Shown here: positions 61,447 through 64,000 of the stretch, in pieces
Position numbering within the stretch: position 1 is the first letter of the stretch
How the letters are laid out: each line of letters opens with the position of its first letter
From: Podarcis cretensis
Lineage: Eukaryota
Assembly (NCBI GenBank): GCA_951804945.1
Contig: OX638151.1
Coordinates: forward strand, 95,294,001 to 95,358,000
Length of the DNA: 64,000 bases
Reading direction: 5' to 3'
Notes under the pieces: model-generated
Told to the model about the DNA's origin: nothing
What the model saw: the letters and a program-made list of their open reading frames with translations, nothing else
Databases searched by the model: none
Translations under genes and position numbers: made by a program

Positions 61447-61785
61447 AAGGTAAAGGGACCCCTGACCATTAGGTCCAGTCGTGACCGACTCTGGGGTTGC
61501 GGCACTCATCTCGCTTTATTGGCCGAGGGACCCAGTGTATAGCTTCCGGGTCATGTGGCCAGCATGACTAAGCTGCTTCTGGCGAACCAGAGCAGTGCAC
61601 AGAAACGCCGTTTACCTTCCCACCTATTTATCTACTTGCACTTTGACATGCTTTCGAACTGCTAGGTTGGCAGGAGCGGGGACTGAGCAACAGGAGCTCA
61701 CCCCATTGCGGGGATTCAAACCGCCGACCTTCTGATTTGCAAATCCTAGGCTCTGTGGCTTAACCCACAGCACCACCCGGGTCCC
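61447..61785 (-). mobile_element. Sauria SINE nested in a palindromic MITE-like repeat
   Basis: Same body as the other copies; imperfect TSD TGTTTAAAGTGGTA / TGTTTATGTGGTA. Confidence 0.88.
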
Positions 61786-61855
61786 TGTTTATGTGGTACA
61801 ATAGTGCTTAAATGCAAAGTCTAGACGGGGCCTTGGTTTAAAAGCTTGTATTCTC

Positions 61856-61902
<47 letters not shown>
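61856..61902. repeat. (GTT)n microsatellite
   Basis: Read directly from the sequence. Confidence 0.95.
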
Positions 61903-64000
61903 ATATTTTTAGAAATAGTGGAAATGTCAGTTGGATTTTATCTCACACACCCCCTTCACCCCACTGCCACTACATTCACTAAAATGGGTCATCTCTAATC
62001 GGGATTCGGTATTTCTGTGTTATGCAGAGCAGCCTTCCGCAAGCTGGTGCCCTCCAGATGTTGTTCAGACTACAATTCCCATTTGCCCCAGCCAGCACAA
62101 CCAACAGTCGGGGAGGGGGGATAATCCAACAACAGCTGGAGGGTGCAGGGTTGGCAAAGACTGATACAGAGGGACTGAGGAGTGGGTCTCTGTATGTGAA
62201 TTCTGTTAGGGTGGAGGAGAGAGAGAGAGGGAGGGAGAGGGGGAGGGAGAGGGAGAGAGTGCATGTTTTAGGGTCTAAAGACATGTTAAACCTAGAACAT
62301 GAATCAGCCCAAGTCCACGGTGCCCTTTAACTGAACCTTGATATTATATGACCAACCCAAATGCCTTTGCTGTTCTCCTGAGCCAGAATGGAAATGAAGA
62401 AACCAAGTGAGAGGCACAGGTGCTTAAACTGAGCTATGTTATTGTGCATCGGTCATTCCAAAGAAAAGCCCCATAGAAGTGAGATGAGTAAGCCGAACGC
62501 GCAAGCTTCTGACTCCACTGCTATTCATTTCAGTTGCAGAATAAGCATCTGTACAATTGGACGTCACAGCTGTGCTTTAAAAGCTGGGCATGTCACTTTG
62601 TCATATGGGTGAAAATCCACTCCAATTGTTGGTGTGTTGCTAAATATGACAGAACAGTCAAAGAGTGGTCATACGCAACCTGCTATTCAAATTTCTGATG
62701 TGTAGATCGTTCTATTTATGTATCTCTAACAGGGAAAAGATTATTTGTTTACCGGTAAATACTATCACATATCAAGCAGTTCTTCTCCCCCAGGTGCACT
62801 ATAAATCCAAACAATATAAAAAATTGTCATTTTAAAATCTCCTTCCTTTCCCTAAACTTGGACAAGTTTGGACAGGTGGTGTTTTGTTTTGTTTGCAGTG
62901 TAAAACTGCAATACGTAATTCAGTATCAAAGCTGAGCTCAGGAGCTCATTACCAAAGTAGTTAAGTTCCTAAAAAATCAGAACACAGGGAGTCCAACCAC
63001 AGGTGAAAGAGGACTATAGCTCTGGGCAAAGTCAAACTTCTGAGTCTGGTATTTCTGGGGATCTCAAAGGTGAGACAATTCAGCAGATTGAACTTAATTC
63101 ATTCCCAAATCCTAAACACTAATTTTTCTGTTAGCTTGACCCTTATGTAGCCCATTATGTAAGCTAACACACTGTCTGCACAGAGGAGGAATGAGCAGGG
63201 ACATTGCTGCCTTCCCCTCCCCTTCCCCTGGCCTGACCTTTATATCCCCTCCACCTGTGAGTGGCAGGGAGTCTGGTTTGGTGCTATGCGCCTCCCTCTC
63301 CGAAATGAAATGTGGCTCTCCCACCTAGGAAAGAAGGCTGGCTGCAGGACTGTATCCATTCCTTTGACTGTTTTATAAATGGTACATAGAAAGAGAGGAT
63401 CACACTTCTCTGAGATGGAGAACGTCAACACTTATGATTACCTAGGAGCAGTCCTTTCTTCATCATCATTATCATCATCATCATTTATATGCCGCCCATC
63501 CGGTTGGGTTGCCCCAGCCACTCTGGGTGGCTTCCAACAAATTATAAAACCACAGTAAAACATCAAACGTTAAAAAACTTTTAATGTGCAACCAACCGCT
63601 CTCCGAAGAGTTCGCCTTCTGTGTGAAGATGCTACACATCTTCTATGAGCAAAGAGAGCTGCAATGTTAACTTCCCAAATTAAGAGTACAAATATCACGA
63701 GGAAAGGCCTTGCTGACCTTTAAATTTGTGATTCGGTATAAAGCCTAATCAATGCAGCATGTCTCTTACAGCGATATCCTACTACAATCTACCCCACATA
63801 AAGTGTGGGGAAGGGCCATTTCAACAGCTGGGCTTGCCCCAAAGAATGGCATCACAAACAAAACCAAGAGGAAACCTTAAAAAACAAAACAACTACACCC
63901 AACTATATTATCCCATCTTTACTCAGGAAAAAAAAGAAGACAACCAAGTAAGCAATCAGATTTTTTTTTTTAAAAAAAAAAACCTGGCTGAGGGGAATCG

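Noticed and set aside
44700-64000. Exons of a neighbouring gene such as NTSR2 or GREB1; ORFs at 47957-48160, 51627-51920 and 59495-59761
   Set aside because: No recognisable domain and no consistent exon chain. tBLASTx against vertebrate genomes would be decisive.

Overview
Vertebrate genomic DNA from a squamate, probably a lacertid lizard (judged from Sauria SINEs, CR1/L2 remnants and lizard-type MITEs). The only host gene I can support is the 5' part of LPIN1 (lipin-1 phosphatidate phosphatase) on the minus strand. It has five consecutive coding exons at 7455-1822, including the alternatively spliced lipin-1beta exon, a 57-nt upstream in-frame exon at 39145-39201 and a CpG-rich promoter at about 26.55-27.75 kb. 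The gene continues off the left edge. The upstream introns hold two young LINEs in the gene's sense orientation. One is a full-length L1 with both ORFs intact and a 20-22 bp TSD (18.5-24.4 kb). The other is a 5'-truncated RTE-X-like element with a perfect 77-bp TSD, whose ORF is in frame with about 130 codons of host DNA carrying a promoter-like motif cluster (32.6-36.3 kb). Other oddities are twin promoter hairpins that share a loop but not a stem, two SINEs stacked in one target site, and a decayed Penelope hammerhead ribozyme next to a nested Harbinger MITE. I found no tRNA, rRNA or CRISPR features and no second host gene. No new biological system can be claimed from sequence alone, and the functional interpretations below are hypotheses.
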